From NCBI GenBank assembly GCA_963702475.1, contig CAVPCT010000003.1, positions 928,001-992,000 on the forward strand: a DNA stretch of 64,000 nucleotides, in the 5' to 3' direction. The translations under genes were made by a program, and so were the position numbers. Positions 47,599-59,071 of this stretch are shown here, in pieces. The notes under the pieces were generated by a model. It was not told the origin of the DNA, searched no databases, and was given only the letters and a program-made list of their open reading frames with translations. Numbering within the stretch: position 1 is the first letter of the stretch; each line of letters starts with the position of its first letter. This stretch comes from an uncultured Thermoleophilia bacterium (lineage in GTDB: Bacteria > Actinomycetota > Thermoleophilia > UBA2241).

Positions 47599-49155
47599 GT
47601 GGCCCAGGGTACGCCTGAGGTGAAGGGCTTCGACACCGTCCTCGTGCTGGACTTCGGGGCGCAGTACGGGCAGCTCATCGCCCGGCGCGTGCGCGAGTGT
47701 CGCGTGTACTCGGAGCTGATCCCGTACGACACGCCCATCGAGCGCATCCGCGAGTACGCGCCCAAGGGCATCATCCTGTCGGGTGGTCCCATGAGCGTCT
47801 ACGTGGACGACGCACCCAAAGTGGACCCCGAGCTCTTCAAGCTGGGGATCCCTGTGCTCGGCATCTGCTACGGCGCCCAGGCCATCGCCCTCGGGCTCGG
47901 CGGCACCGTCACGCGTACGGGGCTGAGCGAGTTCGGCAAGACCACGCTCAGCGTCATCAAGCCGGGCCTCATCCTCGAGGGTCTGCGCGGCGAGGAGCAG
48001 TGCTGGATGAGCCACCGCGACAGCATCACCGAGCCGCCGCCCGGCTTCGAGGTGCTGGCGGCCAGTGGCGGCGCTCCCGTGGCCGCGATGGAGGCGCCGT
48101 TGCGCGGCTTCTACGCCGTCCAGTTCCACCCCGAGGTGGTCCACACGCCCAAGGGCATGGACGTCCTGCGCAACTTCCTGTACAGGGCCTGCCGGTGTGC
48201 TCCCACGTTCACGCCCGTCTCCATCATCGAGGAGTCCATCCGCGAGATCCGCGCGCGGGTCGGTGAGAACAAGGCCATCCTCGGTCTCTCCGGCGGGGTC
48301 GACTCGTCGGTGGCCGCGCTGCTCATGCACAAGGCCATCGGCGACCGCCTCACCTGCGTCTTCGTCGACCAGGGCATGATGCGCATGCGCGAGGCGGATC
48401 GCGTCGTCGAGACCTTCTCGGGCACCTTCGGCATCCCGCTCGTGGCCGTCGACGCCAGCGACCGCTTTCTCGGCAAGCTCGAGGGCGTCACCGAGCCTGA
48501 GCGCAAGCGCAAGATCATCGGCGAGGAGTTCATCCGCTGCTTCGAGGAGGAGGCGCGCAAGCTCACCGACGCGAAGTTCCTCGTCCAAGGGACGCTCTAC
48601 AGCGACGTCATCGAGAGCGGCACGCGTCAGGCCGCCAAGATCAAGAGCCACCACAACGTGGGCGGCCTCCCCGAGAAGATGGACTTCGAGCTCGTCGAGC
48701 CGCTTCGGTGGCTCTTCAAGGACGAGGTCCGCGCCGTGGGCGAGGAGCTGGGGCTGCCGGAGCACATCGTCTGGCGGCAGCCGTTCCCCGGCCCGGGGCT
48801 GGCCATCCGCATCATCGGCGAGATCACCCGCGAGCGCGTGGACGTGCTGCAGCGCGCCGACGCCATCGTGCAGGAGGAGATCCGCAAGGCCGGGCTGTAC
48901 CGGGAGCTGTGGCAGTGCTTCGCCATCCTGCCTGTGATCCGCAGCGTCGGCGTGCAGGGCGACGAGCGCACCTACGGCTACCCCATCGCCATCCGTGCCG
49001 TCACGAGCGACGACGCCATGACTGCCGACTGGGCGCGGCTGCCCTACGACCTGCTGGAGACGCTCGCCTCGCGCATCATCAACGAGGTGCCCGAGGTCAA
49101 CCGCGTGGTCTACGACGTCTCGAGCAAGCCGCCGAGCACCATCGAGTGGGAGTAA
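47599..49155 (+). CDS. guaA: GMP synthase (glutamine-hydrolysing)
   Basis: [33 protein letters not shown] and KPPSTIEWE. Confidence 0.98.
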   Translation: MAQGTPEVKGFDTVLVLDFGAQYGQLIARRVRECRVYSELIPYDTPIERIREYAPKGIILSGGPMSVYVDDAPKVDPELFKLGIPVLGICYGAQAIALGLGGTVTRTGLSEFGKTTLSVIKPGLILEGLRGEEQCWMSHRDSITEPPPGFEVLAASGGAPVAAMEAPLRGFYAVQFHPEVVHTPKGMDVLRNFLYRACRCAPTFTPVSIIEESIREIRARVGENKAILGLSGGVDSSVAALLMHKAIGDRLTCVFVDQGMMRMREADRVVETFSGTFGIPLVAVDASDRFLGKLEGVTEPERKRKIIGEEFIRCFEEEARKLTDAKFLVQGTLYSDVIESGTRQAAKIKSHHNVGGLPEKMDFELVEPLRWLFKDEVRAVGEELGLPEHIVWRQPFPGPGLAIRIIGEITRERVDVLQRADAIVQEEIRKAGLYRELWQCFAILPVIRSVGVQGDERTYGYPIAIRAVTSDDAMTADWARLPYDLLETLASRIINEVPEVNRVVYDVSSKPPSTIEWE

Positions 49156-49167
49156 GCTGGTCTGAAG

Positions 49168-49202
49168 GCAGGGCTCACCCTTGACTCGAGGGTGAGCCCT
49201 GC
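49168..49202. terminator. Inverted repeat, probable bidirectional terminator
   Basis: GCAGGGCTCACCCT-N7-AGGGTGAGCCCTGC between convergent genes. Confidence 0.7.
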
Positions 49203-49981
49203 TCGTCGGCCGCCTGTTCCTCGGCCTTCATGAGCTTCAGGCGGCCGGACTCGACCGCGTCCCGATACAGCACCACGAGGACCACGTCGGCGACGAAGAC
49301 CACCGCCCCCATGAGGACGCACTGGACGAGCAGCATGGGCAGCGCGCGCGTCAGGCCGGAGATCACGTTCTCACCCAGCAGTCCGGCTGAGAGCTGCCCG
49401 ACCAGCGTGACGAACAGAAGGAGTCCGGCCGAGAGCAGGAGGTTCAGCCGGACCATGCGCCACGAGAGCAGGACCCCCCGCAGCGGTCCCACGCCCCCCA
49501 GGACGATGATGTAGTCGGCGTACAGGACGACGAAGTAGATCACCAGCTGGCCGAAGACCACCAGGTTCGCGGCGAGCGCGTCCTCGCCCGCGGCGACGAG
49601 GCCCCACACGCCGAGTGCACTCACGACCTCGAGGAACACCTGGAACCCGAGCAGGTTGGCGAACTGGCGACCGCCCGCAGGGCGGAAGTGCACCGGTCCC
49701 ACCAGAGAACGGATGTAGCCGGCACGCAGCCACGTGAGCGCTACGACGTACACGACCCAAACGGAGCCGATGACCACGCTGCGCGCCGCGACGGAATCGG
49801 CGAGGGGCCCCCAGGTGTTGTACATGAGCTCGGAGAAGGGTCCTCCGCGGTGCAACCAGGCGGAGAAGACCGGCACGCCGACATCGAGGGCGAACAGCCC
49901 GATGGAGAAGAAGACGACGTACTCGCGCGCCCTGAGGACCGCGGTCACGCGCTGGACGAGCGTAGGCCGCGTGGCGTTCAT
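49175..49981 (-). CDS. Hypothetical polytopic membrane protein
   Basis: 268 aa with about six hydrophobic segments. Confidence 0.75.
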   Translation of the reverse strand: MNATRPTLVQRVTAVLRAREYVVFFSIGLFALDVGVPVFSAWLHRGGPFSELMYNTWGPLADSVAARSVVIGSVWVVYVVALTWLRAGYIRSLVGPVHFRPAGGRQFANLLGFQVFLEVVSALGVWGLVAAGEDALAANLVVFGQLVIYFVVLYADYIIVLGGVGPLRGVLLSWRMVRLNLLLSAGLLLFVTLVGQLSAGLLGENVISGLTRALPMLLVQCVLMGAVVFVADVVLVVLYRDAVESGRLKLMKAEEQAADEQGSPSSQG

Positions 49982-50039
49982 GGTCGGGGAGTATACCTCG
50001 CCGGGTCGCGTCCGCGTCGGGCGCGGGTATCATGGAGCC

Positions 50040-50771
50040 ATGAGACTCCCGCGCGCGGTCCTGGTCTTCCTCGCGCTCAGCTGGGCTCTCGTGGCGCTCT
50101 ACCCGGATCCCACGGTGCTCGTGCGCAGCGTCCGCAACACCGTCGCGCCGCGGCCCGATCCTGTCGCGGCGCGGGCCGTCGCCGCCGGCCTGCCTGACGA
50201 TCCGAAGGCGATAGAGGCCTACGTGCTCGATCGCCAGGTCCCCTACGCGTACGACTGGGAGTCGGCCGGTGTGCCCTGGTACTTCCCCACGGCGGCCGAG
50301 GCGCTCGCGGACGGGCGCGGCGACTGCGAGAGCCGCGCCCTCGCGCTGGCGAGCATCCTCACGGCCAAAGGTATCCCCAACAGCCTGCGCGTGAGCTTCG
50401 ACCACATCTGGGTGGACTACCCGGGCAAGCAGGCCAACGCCCTCGAGAACCCCGGACTGGAGCTGGCCGGCACGAGGGATGGCCGCTTCTTCATCCGCTG
50501 GCCCGGCGACTTCGACCTGGGCAGGGAGGTCGGCGACAACATCGCCATCTTCTGGACGCCGGCGCCCCTGGGTAGCTTGCTGCTCCTATTCGGCGGCCTG
50601 CTCGTCATCATGTCCGGCAACGTACTGGCGTCGCTGGCTGCCGGCGGCGGGCTCGTCCCGGGGCGCGGCCCGGAGGGTCGCGCCCTGCAGCCCGCAGCCG
50701 GCCGGCGAGAGCGCCGCCGGCTCAAGCGGCGGCGCCTGCGGCGGCTGGCCGCGGGCCCGCAGCGGGTGTAG
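50040..50771 (+). CDS. Membrane-anchored transglutaminase-like domain protein
   Basis: N-terminal hydrophobic helix; GDCESRA (Cys) and HIWVD (His, Asp); C-terminal TM and basic tail. Confidence 0.7.
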   Translation: MRLPRAVLVFLALSWALVALYPDPTVLVRSVRNTVAPRPDPVAARAVAAGLPDDPKAIEAYVLDRQVPYAYDWESAGVPWYFPTAAEALADGRGDCESRALALASILTAKGIPNSLRVSFDHIWVDYPGKQANALENPGLELAGTRDGRFFIRWPGDFDLGREVGDNIAIFWTPAPLGSLLLLFGGLLVIMSGNVLASLAAGGGLVPGRGPEGRALQPAAGRRERRRLKRRRLRRLAAGPQRV

Positions 50772-50857
50772 CCTCACCACGCCCGGCGCCCGCGCCGTTC
50801 GCGACCAGGCTCAGCCACGCATCGGCCGCCGGCCCCCGGGGCCGCAAGGAAGGTGAC

Positions 50858-51895
50858 ATGAAGACCATCGACCTGCGCAGCGACACCGTCACGCGTCCGT
50901 CCCCCGAGATGAAGCAGGCCATGATGACGGCCGAGGTGGACGACGACGTCCTCGGCCACGACCCCACCGTCTTGGCGCTCGAGGAGTATGCGGCGGAGCT
51001 CCTCGGCAAGCAGACCGGCCTCTTCTTCCCTTCGGGGACCATGTGCAACCAGGCCGCCATCCGCGCGCTCACGCGGCGCGGCGACGAGGTCTTCCTGCAC
51101 GCCCAGGCGCACATCCAGTTCTACGAGCAAGGTGCCGCCTCGGCCCTGAGTCAGGTCCAGGTGCGGGTCTTCGATTCATCGGACGGCACGCTCGACCTGG
51201 AGAAGATGGAGGAGTACGTCCACACCGACGCCGACATCCACTGGGCGCCCACGCGGCTCGTCTGCCTCGAGCAGACCCACAACCACTGCGGCGGGGTGGT
51301 GCTGCCGATGGACCACATGCTGGCCGTGCGCGAGCTCTGCGACCGGCACGGCCTCAGGATGCACCTGGACGGCGCCCGCCTGTTCAATGCGGTGGCCGTC
51401 ACCGGTATCTCCGCGGCGGAGTACGCGGCGCTGTTCGACACGGTGAGCATCTGTCTGTCCAAGGGGCTCGGCGCCCCCATCGGCTCCGTGCTGGTGGGCG
51501 ATGACGACACCATGCGCCTGGCCCTGCGCGCCCGCAAGATCTACGGCGGAGGCATGCGACAGGCCGGCATCATCGCCGCGGGCGGCCTCTTCGCGCTGCA
51601 GCACAACGTCGCGCGACTGGCCGATGACCACCGCCGCGCTCGCCGTCTCGCCGAGGGCCTTGCGCAGGTACCCGGCCTCGAAGTTGACCTCGCGAAGGCG
51701 CAGACCAACATGGTGTTCGCCGGCACCCGCGGTACCGGCAGGAGGGCCGCGGACGTCGTCGCGCGGCTCGGCGAGCACGGCATCCAGTGCCTCGACGAGG
51801 GCCCGTGGTCGGTCCGCTTCGTCACGCACCTCGACCTGGACGACGCGGACATCGAGGCCACCCTGGCCGGCGTGGCCGAGGTGCTCTGCGGATGA
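50858..51895 (+). CDS. ltaE: Low-specificity L-threonine aldolase
   Basis: IDLRSDTVT, SGTMCN, HLDGARLFNA, CLSKGLGAP and GGGMRQAG. Confidence 0.93.
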   Translation: MKTIDLRSDTVTRPSPEMKQAMMTAEVDDDVLGHDPTVLALEEYAAELLGKQTGLFFPSGTMCNQAAIRALTRRGDEVFLHAQAHIQFYEQGAASALSQVQVRVFDSSDGTLDLEKMEEYVHTDADIHWAPTRLVCLEQTHNHCGGVVLPMDHMLAVRELCDRHGLRMHLDGARLFNAVAVTGISAAEYAALFDTVSICLSKGLGAPIGSVLVGDDDTMRLALRARKIYGGGMRQAGIIAAGGLFALQHNVARLADDHRRARRLAEGLAQVPGLEVDLAKAQTNMVFAGTRGTGRRAADVVARLGEHGIQCLDEGPWSVRFVTHLDLDDADIEATLAGVAEVLCG

Positions 51896-51921
51896 CGTCC
51901 TCCCCGCGGGTGGGCGCCCGG

Positions 51922-51967
51922 GACGAAGCGGGCGGGTGACGAGCTCTCGTCACCCGCCCGCTTCGTC
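51922..51967. terminator. 22-bp perfect inverted repeat, probable bidirectional terminator
   Basis: GACGAAGCGGGCGGGTGACGAG-CT-CTCGTCACCCGCCCGCTTCGTC between convergent ltaE and the alcohol dehydrogenase gene. Confidence 0.8.
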
Positions 51968-52033
51968 AGTCGTTCCGCCAGCGCGCGATGCTCTCGGCCC
52001 GCCGGCGTCTCGGCCCGCCGGCGTGTCCGTTCA

Positions 52034-53290
52034 CTACGCCTCGGCGCCCGGCCGCACCGCCATGTTGCGGTACACCTGCTCCATGTCCTCCGGCGTGAAC
52101 TTGCGCGGGTTGTTGTTCCACAGGCGCGCCTGCGTCTTGGCGCCCTCCACGAGGTCGGGGATCGCCGACTCGGGGATGCCGACGTCGCTGAGGTACTGTG
52201 GCACGCTCAGGTCGTCGGCCAGCTGGCGCAGGGCGCAGACGGTCTTGTCCGCGGCCTCGCGGTCGGAGAGGCCGTTCAAGTTCTCGCCCATCGCCTCGCC
52301 GAACTGGCGGAACCAGCGCAGGCAGGCGAGCTTGTTGAAGTCCATGGCCCACGGCAGCACCATGGTGTTGGCGACGCCGTGCGGCACGTGGAACATGCCG
52401 CCGATCGGGTACGACAGCGCGTGGACGGCGCCCACGCCGGCGTTGCCGAAGGCGATGCCGCCCATCATCGAGCCCATCGCCATGTTGTCGCGCGCCCACA
52501 TGTTGCCGCCGTCGTACACGGCCGTGCGGATGCTCTGGCTGATCAGCTTGATGCCCTCGTAGGCGAGCGAGTCGGTGTGCATGGTCGCGTTCACCGAGAT
52601 GTAGGCCTCGATGTTGTGGATGAGGGCGTCCATGCCGGAGGCAGCGGTCACGTTGGGCGGGCAGCTCACGGTCAGGCTGGGATCGATGAGCGCCACGTTG
52701 GGCATGAGGAAGGGGCTCACGAGGCCCTGCTTCACGTTGAGCTTCTCGTTGGCGAAGATCGCGATGGCGGTGCACTCGGAGCCGGTGCCGGCAGTCGTGG
52801 GGATGGCGACGATCGGCAGGCCCTTCTTCTTGACCTGGTCGATGCCCACGTAGTCGTACACGGTGTCGCCGGTGTGGGGAAGCACCGCCGCGGCCTTGGC
52901 GACGTCGATCGGTGACCCGCCGCCGAACCCGACGATGAGGTCGTAGCCGCCCTGTTCGACGATGCGCACGATCTCCTCGATGGTGGACATCGGCGGCTCG
53001 GGCACGGCCTTGTCGTAGAAGTCGACCTCGAGGCCGGCCTCGCGCAGCGGCCGTTCGACGTCGATGCACATGCCGCAGTCGCTCACGCCCTGGTCGGTGA
53101 TGACGAGGACCTTGGAGCCGTTGAGCTTCCTGGCCTCGATCCCGAGCTGCTCGACGGCGCCCACGCCGGTGATGAGGGTCTTCGGCTGGCGGTGGATGCG
53201 CATCTTGCGCTCCACGCGCCGCAGCTCCTGCGGCTGGCCGTTCGCGGACGAGATGACGCGCGGTTCGGGCTCGTTGTGCACGTGGTCCAT
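52034..53290 (-). CDS. Iron-containing alcohol dehydrogenase, probably 4-hydroxybutyrate dehydrogenase
   Basis: GGGSPID, PTTAGTGSE, DALIH, VHALSY and PHG; operon context. Confidence 0.85.
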   Translation of the reverse strand: MDHVHNEPEPRVISSANGQPQELRRVERKMRIHRQPKTLITGVGAVEQLGIEARKLNGSKVLVITDQGVSDCGMCIDVERPLREAGLEVDFYDKAVPEPPMSTIEEIVRIVEQGGYDLIVGFGGGSPIDVAKAAAVLPHTGDTVYDYVGIDQVKKKGLPIVAIPTTAGTGSECTAIAIFANEKLNVKQGLVSPFLMPNVALIDPSLTVSCPPNVTAASGMDALIHNIEAYISVNATMHTDSLAYEGIKLISQSIRTAVYDGGNMWARDNMAMGSMMGGIAFGNAGVGAVHALSYPIGGMFHVPHGVANTMVLPWAMDFNKLACLRWFRQFGEAMGENLNGLSDREAADKTVCALRQLADDLSVPQYLSDVGIPESAIPDLVEGAKTQARLWNNNPRKFTPEDMEQVYRNMAVRPGAEA

Positions 53291-53296
53291 GGTTCC

Positions 53297-54628
53297 TCAG
53301 CTCTCCTTGGTGAGCGGTTGACGGGCGAGGCGGCCCGGCCCGTAGACCGCGGCCGCCTCCTCCCGGATCTGGTCGCGGAACGCCGGATCGGCGATCTCGA
53401 TGAGCGCCTCGGCGCGCTCGCGCAGGCCGAGGCCGCGCAGGTGAGCGACGCCGTGCTCGGTGACGATGTAGTCCACGTCGGCGCGCATCGTCGTCACGGC
53501 GGTGCCGGGGGAGAGGGCGGCGACGATGCGGGAGACGGCGCCCTTCTTCGCCGTGCTCGGCAAGGCGATGATCGCCTTGCCGTCGCGGCTGCGGGCGGCG
53601 CCCCGCACGAAATCCACCTGGCCGCCGATGCCGGTGAACTGCCTGGCGCCCATCGAGTCGGCCACCACCTGGCCCATGACGTCCACCTGGATGGCCGAGT
53701 TGATGGCCACCACGCGGTCGTTCTGGCCGATGACGTACGGGTCGTTGACCCAGTTCACCGGGTACATGTTCACGGCCGGGTTGTCGTCGACGAAGTCGTA
53801 CAGGCGGCGCGTGCCCATCAGGAAGGTCGCCGTCATCTTGCCGCGGTTCACGGCCTTGTTCAGGTTCGTGATGACGCCCTCGTTGTAGAGATCCACGACG
53901 CCCTCGCTGAACATCTCCGTGTGGATGCCCAGGTCGTTCTTCTCGTGCAGGAACGCGAGCACGGCGTCGGGGATCCCGCCGATCCCCAGCTGCAGGCAGG
54001 CGCCGTCACCGATGAGCCCGGCGATGTGGCGGCCGATGGCCTCCTCGACGGGGCCTATGCTCGGCGGCTGCAGCTCGATGATGTCCTGGTCGCTCTCGAC
54101 CACGCGGTCGATCTCGGCGACATGGATGAACGAGTCGCCGTGGGTGCGGGGCATCTTGGGGTTCACCTGGGCGACCACCGTCTTCGCCACCTGCGCCGCC
54201 GGCTTGGTGTAGTCGACAGAGATGCCGAACGAGCAGAACCCGTGGGTGTCGGGCGGAGACACGTGGATCAGAACGACGTCGGGCGGTAGATACCCCTCGC
54301 AGAAGAGCTTGGGGATGTCGTGGAAGAAGACGGGGACGTAGTCGCCGCGGCCGTCCTTGACCGCATCGCGTGACGAGGCGCCGACGAACAGCGACTTGTG
54401 GAAGAACGAGTCCGCGTACTCGGGGGTCGCGTATTCACCCTTGCCCATCGCGACCATGTGGTTGATCTCGACGTCCTCGAGCTCGCCCGCGCGCGCCACG
54501 AGTGCGTCGACCAGGTCGAGCGGCTCGCCGCAGGCGTGCGCGAACACCACTCGGTCGCCCGACTTCACGCAACGCATGGCCTCCGCGGCCGTGGTGCGTT
54601 TGCGCTCGTACTCGCTCCTCCAGTCCAT
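53297..54628 (-). CDS. 4-hydroxybutyrate CoA-transferase (acetyl-CoA hydrolase/transferase family, AbfT/Cat2-like)
   Basis: LQLGIGGIP, GIHTEM, GIGGQVDFVRGA and VTEHGVA; next to abfD. Confidence 0.88.
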   Translation of the reverse strand: MDWRSEYERKRTTAAEAMRCVKSGDRVVFAHACGEPLDLVDALVARAGELEDVEINHMVAMGKGEYATPEYADSFFHKSLFVGASSRDAVKDGRGDYVPVFFHDIPKLFCEGYLPPDVVLIHVSPPDTHGFCSFGISVDYTKPAAQVAKTVVAQVNPKMPRTHGDSFIHVAEIDRVVESDQDIIELQPPSIGPVEEAIGRHIAGLIGDGACLQLGIGGIPDAVLAFLHEKNDLGIHTEMFSEGVVDLYNEGVITNLNKAVNRGKMTATFLMGTRRLYDFVDDNPAVNMYPVNWVNDPYVIGQNDRVVAINSAIQVDVMGQVVADSMGARQFTGIGGQVDFVRGAARSRDGKAIIALPSTAKKGAVSRIVAALSPGTAVTTMRADVDYIVTEHGVAHLRGLGLRERAEALIEIADPAFRDQIREEAAAVYGPGRLARQPLTKES

Positions 54629-54633
54629 CTGCG

Positions 54634-54951
54634 TCACTCCTTGAGCTTGCGTGTCACGGTCGCGGCGATCGCGGCAGCGGGCGTCGGCACGCCGTCGACC
54701 AGCTCGCCGGCCACCACGACGACAGGTCCGTCGTCGCCGGCGCGCCCGGCGCTCTCGCCGGCGCCCGTCAGTCTGTGTCCCGACGCGCACGCGCGAGGGC
54801 AGCCGCTGAGCCTGACGCTCGCGCGCGACGGTACGTCGGGGTCGTCCAGGGGCAGCTCTTCCGCCACCGCCGTGCGGTCGATGTGCGGGTTGCAGCCGCC
54901 GCAGAACACGACCTCCGCCCGTGCGGGCGAGGTCTGCGCTTCGTCCGCCAT
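54634..54951 (-). CDS. Small Cys-rich hypothetical protein
   Basis: FCGGCNP...LSGCPRAC; tightly packed between abfD and the CoA-transferase. Confidence 0.7.
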   Translation of the reverse strand: MADEAQTSPARAEVVFCGGCNPHIDRTAVAEELPLDDPDVPSRASVRLSGCPRACASGHRLTGAGESAGRAGDDGPVVVVAGELVDGVPTPAAAIAATVTRKLKE

Positions 54952-54976
54952 CGTCGGTCCGTCGCTCTTCCGCGCC

Positions 54977-56476
54977 TCAGCCGGCGTCGATCGCTGTCGG
55001 CGTCTTGACCCTGCTCCTGTCCCACGGCCTGCCGACCTCGGCGATCGCCTTCGCCAGCTCCTTCTTGTGGTCCAGGTTGGACTGGCGCGAGATCATGATG
55101 CGCTGCGCCTGCGGCGAGCCGGCGCCGTGCATGGACTCCGTCCGGTAGCCGACGGCCCCGGCCCCAAGGGTCAGGTTCTCGATGAGTCTGAGCACGCGCA
55201 TGCGGTCGATGGTCGGTGTGTCGCACTGACCCGCGAGGAACTTCTCCACGATGGGGCCGATCTTCTCGTCGGCCAGGTCCTGCGCCGACGGCATGGTCAC
55301 CATGAGCCCGCCGGCGATGTCCTCGGCGAGACGCGCTATCTCGTAGGGGAAGCGCGTCACGTTCTGCTTGCACACGTTGGCGAGCAGCATGTCGATCTGG
55401 TAGTTGCCGGCCGGCATCTGCACGCCCTCGTAGGAGCAGGCCAGCCCGCAGCTGAACAGCGTCTCGTTCAGGTGCGTCATCTCGATGATCTTGTCCTTGA
55501 CGTGGCTGGCCCGGGCGACGCCGTTGTAGTCGGCGGCCAGCGCGGCGGCGCCGATGAGCACGTCGCCGACGCCGGTCTTGCAGCCCCCGTAGCTCTGGCG
55601 GTGGAAGCCGGCGAAGCGCTCCACGAGCGCGCCGGAGAACTCGATCTCGCCGCACAGGTATACGCGCTCCCAGGGCACGAAGACGTCGTCGAAGATCATG
55701 AGGGCCTCCTGGCCGCCGTACCGCATGTTGCCGACGTCCAGGTCGCTCTCCTCGAGCTTGCGCGTGTCGCAGCTCTGCCGCCCGTAGATGTAGGAGATGC
55801 CGGGGGCGTTCGCCGGGCAGCTGAAGCTCACGGCGAAGTCCTCGTCGCCCTCGCGCATGGCGACGGTGGGCATGACCACGACCTCGTGCGAGTTGCAGGC
55901 GCCGGTCTGGTGCGCCTTGGCGCCGCGCACCACGATGCCGTCGGCGCGGCGCTCCACGACGTGCAGGTACACGTCGGGGTCGGGCTGCTGGTGCGGCGGC
56001 AGGCTGCGGTCGCCCTTGGGGTCGGTCATGGCCCCGTCGGCGACAAGGTCGTTGTCCTGCAGAAAGCGCACGTACTCCTTGAAGCGCCTGTGATACTCCG
56101 TGCCCCTGGCATGGTCGGTCTCGTAGGTCACCGAGTACAACGCGTTGATGGCGTCCATGCCGACGCAGCGCTGGAAGCACGAGCCGGTCTTCTGCCCCAG
56201 CAACCGCTGCATCTTGACCTTCTTGGCGAGGTCCTCCGTCGACTGGTGGATGTGCGTGAATCGGTTGACCCGCTCGCCGCTCAGGTGGCTCGTCGCCAGC
56301 ATGAGGTCGGCGTATTCCGGCTGTCGGGCCAGCTCGTAGGTCATGGCGATGCAGTTGATGCTGGGGCGGATCACGGGGTGCTCGACGTAGTCGTCGACCT
56401 TCTCCCCGAAGAGGTAGATCTGCAGGTGCAGGTCCGCGATGCTCTGGATGAACTCCTCGGGCGTCCTGAGAGCCAT
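54977..56476 (-). CDS. abfD: 4-hydroxybutyryl-CoA dehydratase
   Basis: CFQRCVGMD and HRQSYGGC (Fe-S ligands), AMTDPKGDR, GAKAHQTG and ESMHGAGSPQAQ. Confidence 0.93.
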   Translation of the reverse strand: MALRTPEEFIQSIADLHLQIYLFGEKVDDYVEHPVIRPSINCIAMTYELARQPEYADLMLATSHLSGERVNRFTHIHQSTEDLAKKVKMQRLLGQKTGSCFQRCVGMDAINALYSVTYETDHARGTEYHRRFKEYVRFLQDNDLVADGAMTDPKGDRSLPPHQQPDPDVYLHVVERRADGIVVRGAKAHQTGACNSHEVVVMPTVAMREGDEDFAVSFSCPANAPGISYIYGRQSCDTRKLEESDLDVGNMRYGGQEALMIFDDVFVPWERVYLCGEIEFSGALVERFAGFHRQSYGGCKTGVGDVLIGAAALAADYNGVARASHVKDKIIEMTHLNETLFSCGLACSYEGVQMPAGNYQIDMLLANVCKQNVTRFPYEIARLAEDIAGGLMVTMPSAQDLADEKIGPIVEKFLAGQCDTPTIDRMRVLRLIENLTLGAGAVGYRTESMHGAGSPQAQRIMISRQSNLDHKKELAKAIAEVGRPWDRSRVKTPTAIDAG

Positions 56477-56590
56477 CGGTGCCACTCCTTCCCGGCGCCC
56501 ATCGGCGGTGGGCGCAGCGCTGGCCGTGCGGGCGTGGGCGCGCCGATTGGCGGGGGCGCCCACGCGCTCCATTTCACAAGCGGTAGCTCG

Positions 56591-56619
56591 ACTATAGGAG
56601 CGGCGTGCGACCTCGTCAA
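56591..56619 (-). promoter_or_regulatory. sigma70 promoter of the abfD operon
   Basis: Minus strand TTGACG, 17-nt spacer, TATAGT. Confidence 0.7.
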
Positions 56620-56958
56620 TTTGTCGGGACAAGGGGACGAGACTCCCCTATGACTTTGGACGCACTGTATAAGTACCCGGAGTTCCAGAGGCTCCGGGGT
56701 GTCTCGGCGGCCGCCGGCACCTCGGAGCCGGCGGCCCGCCTCCGTCAGCTCGCCGTCACGCTGCGCGCCGCTCCACTCTGTACCACTTGGCCCATGTTCC
56801 TCGGCCAATTTTGGCCCATGTGGTGACTGCGGGGTGGCAGGCGGCGGCATATACTCGCGGCGCCTCGCCCAACGACGTGCGCAGGACCCTCTTCGCGCGC
56901 GTTGCTCAGGCGGGCCCTATGCATCGTCCAGACCCGAGTCGCCCAGTGGAGGCACTAC

Positions 56959-58320
<1,362 letters not shown>

Positions 58321-58406
58321 CGCACGGGCGGGAAGGAACAGGCGCAGGCAGACCGGAGAGCACATCCCGTCGCGAGGACGGCGGCGGGCCGAAAGGAGCG
58401 GCGAGC

Positions 58407-58748
58407 ATGAAGAAGATCGAGTGCTACATCCAGCCCTACAACCTCGACATGGTGGCCGAGGCATTGGCCGTCGGGGGCGTGGTGGGCATGTCCGTGGCCG
58501 AGGTCAAGGGCTTCGGTGTACAGCGCGGCTTCACCCGCGGTGAAGAGGTGCAGCCTGGCCAGTACAGGTTCCATCCCAAGATGAAGGTCGAGATGGTCGT
58601 CCCCGACAGCGACGTGGAGCGCATCGTCGACGCCATCGAGGCTTCGCTCAAGAGCAACCAGATCGGCGAGGGCAAGATCTTCGTCCTCCCTGTGGACGAG
58701 GCCGTCCGCACGCGCACCAACGAGCGCGGCGAGGACGCCATCAGGTGA
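58407..58748 (+). CDS. PII family signal transduction protein with an atypical T-loop
   Basis: EVKGFG, PKMKVE, IGEGKIFV and RTRTNERG. Confidence 0.9.
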   Translation: MKKIECYIQPYNLDMVAEALAVGGVVGMSVAEVKGFGVQRGFTRGEEVQPGQYRFHPKMKVEMVVPDSDVERIVDAIEASLKSNQIGEGKIFVLPVDEAVRTRTNERGEDAIR

Positions 58749-59042
58749 CAGGTCACCGGGGCGCGGGCGGGGCCGCCGAGGCGGCTTCTCCCGCGCCCCG
58801 GCGCATGCCCACCCTCCGCCCGCCGGGCCCCGTTCAGGCGCGCGAGCCGGCGTTGGCTTCGTTGCGGCACTCGATTCGGCACGGTACTTCTTCACGCGCG
58901 CGAGGGCGCGCGACCCCAACTGCCGCCGTGCCGGCGTCCGCTCGTCGGCTCCGCCGTGAGGCGTTGCGGACCGCTCCCTCAGGCTCCGACGCCGTCGCTT
59001 TCTCCGGTGTTCAGACGGTGTGAAGGAATTCGCCGTCTCGTG

Positions 59043-59071
59043 TTGCGCCGACGAACACCAGAGGGTAGAGT
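59043..59071 (+). promoter_or_regulatory. Putative sigma70 promoter about 490 nt upstream of the large surface-protein gene
   Basis: TTGCGC, 17-nt spacer, TAGAGT, followed by a GC hairpin with a GCAA tetraloop. Confidence 0.5.

Noticed and set aside
56562-56579. TTGTGAA (minus strand) as a Rex operator in the abfD leader
   Set aside because: Only one half-site; the matching TTCACAA half is absent.
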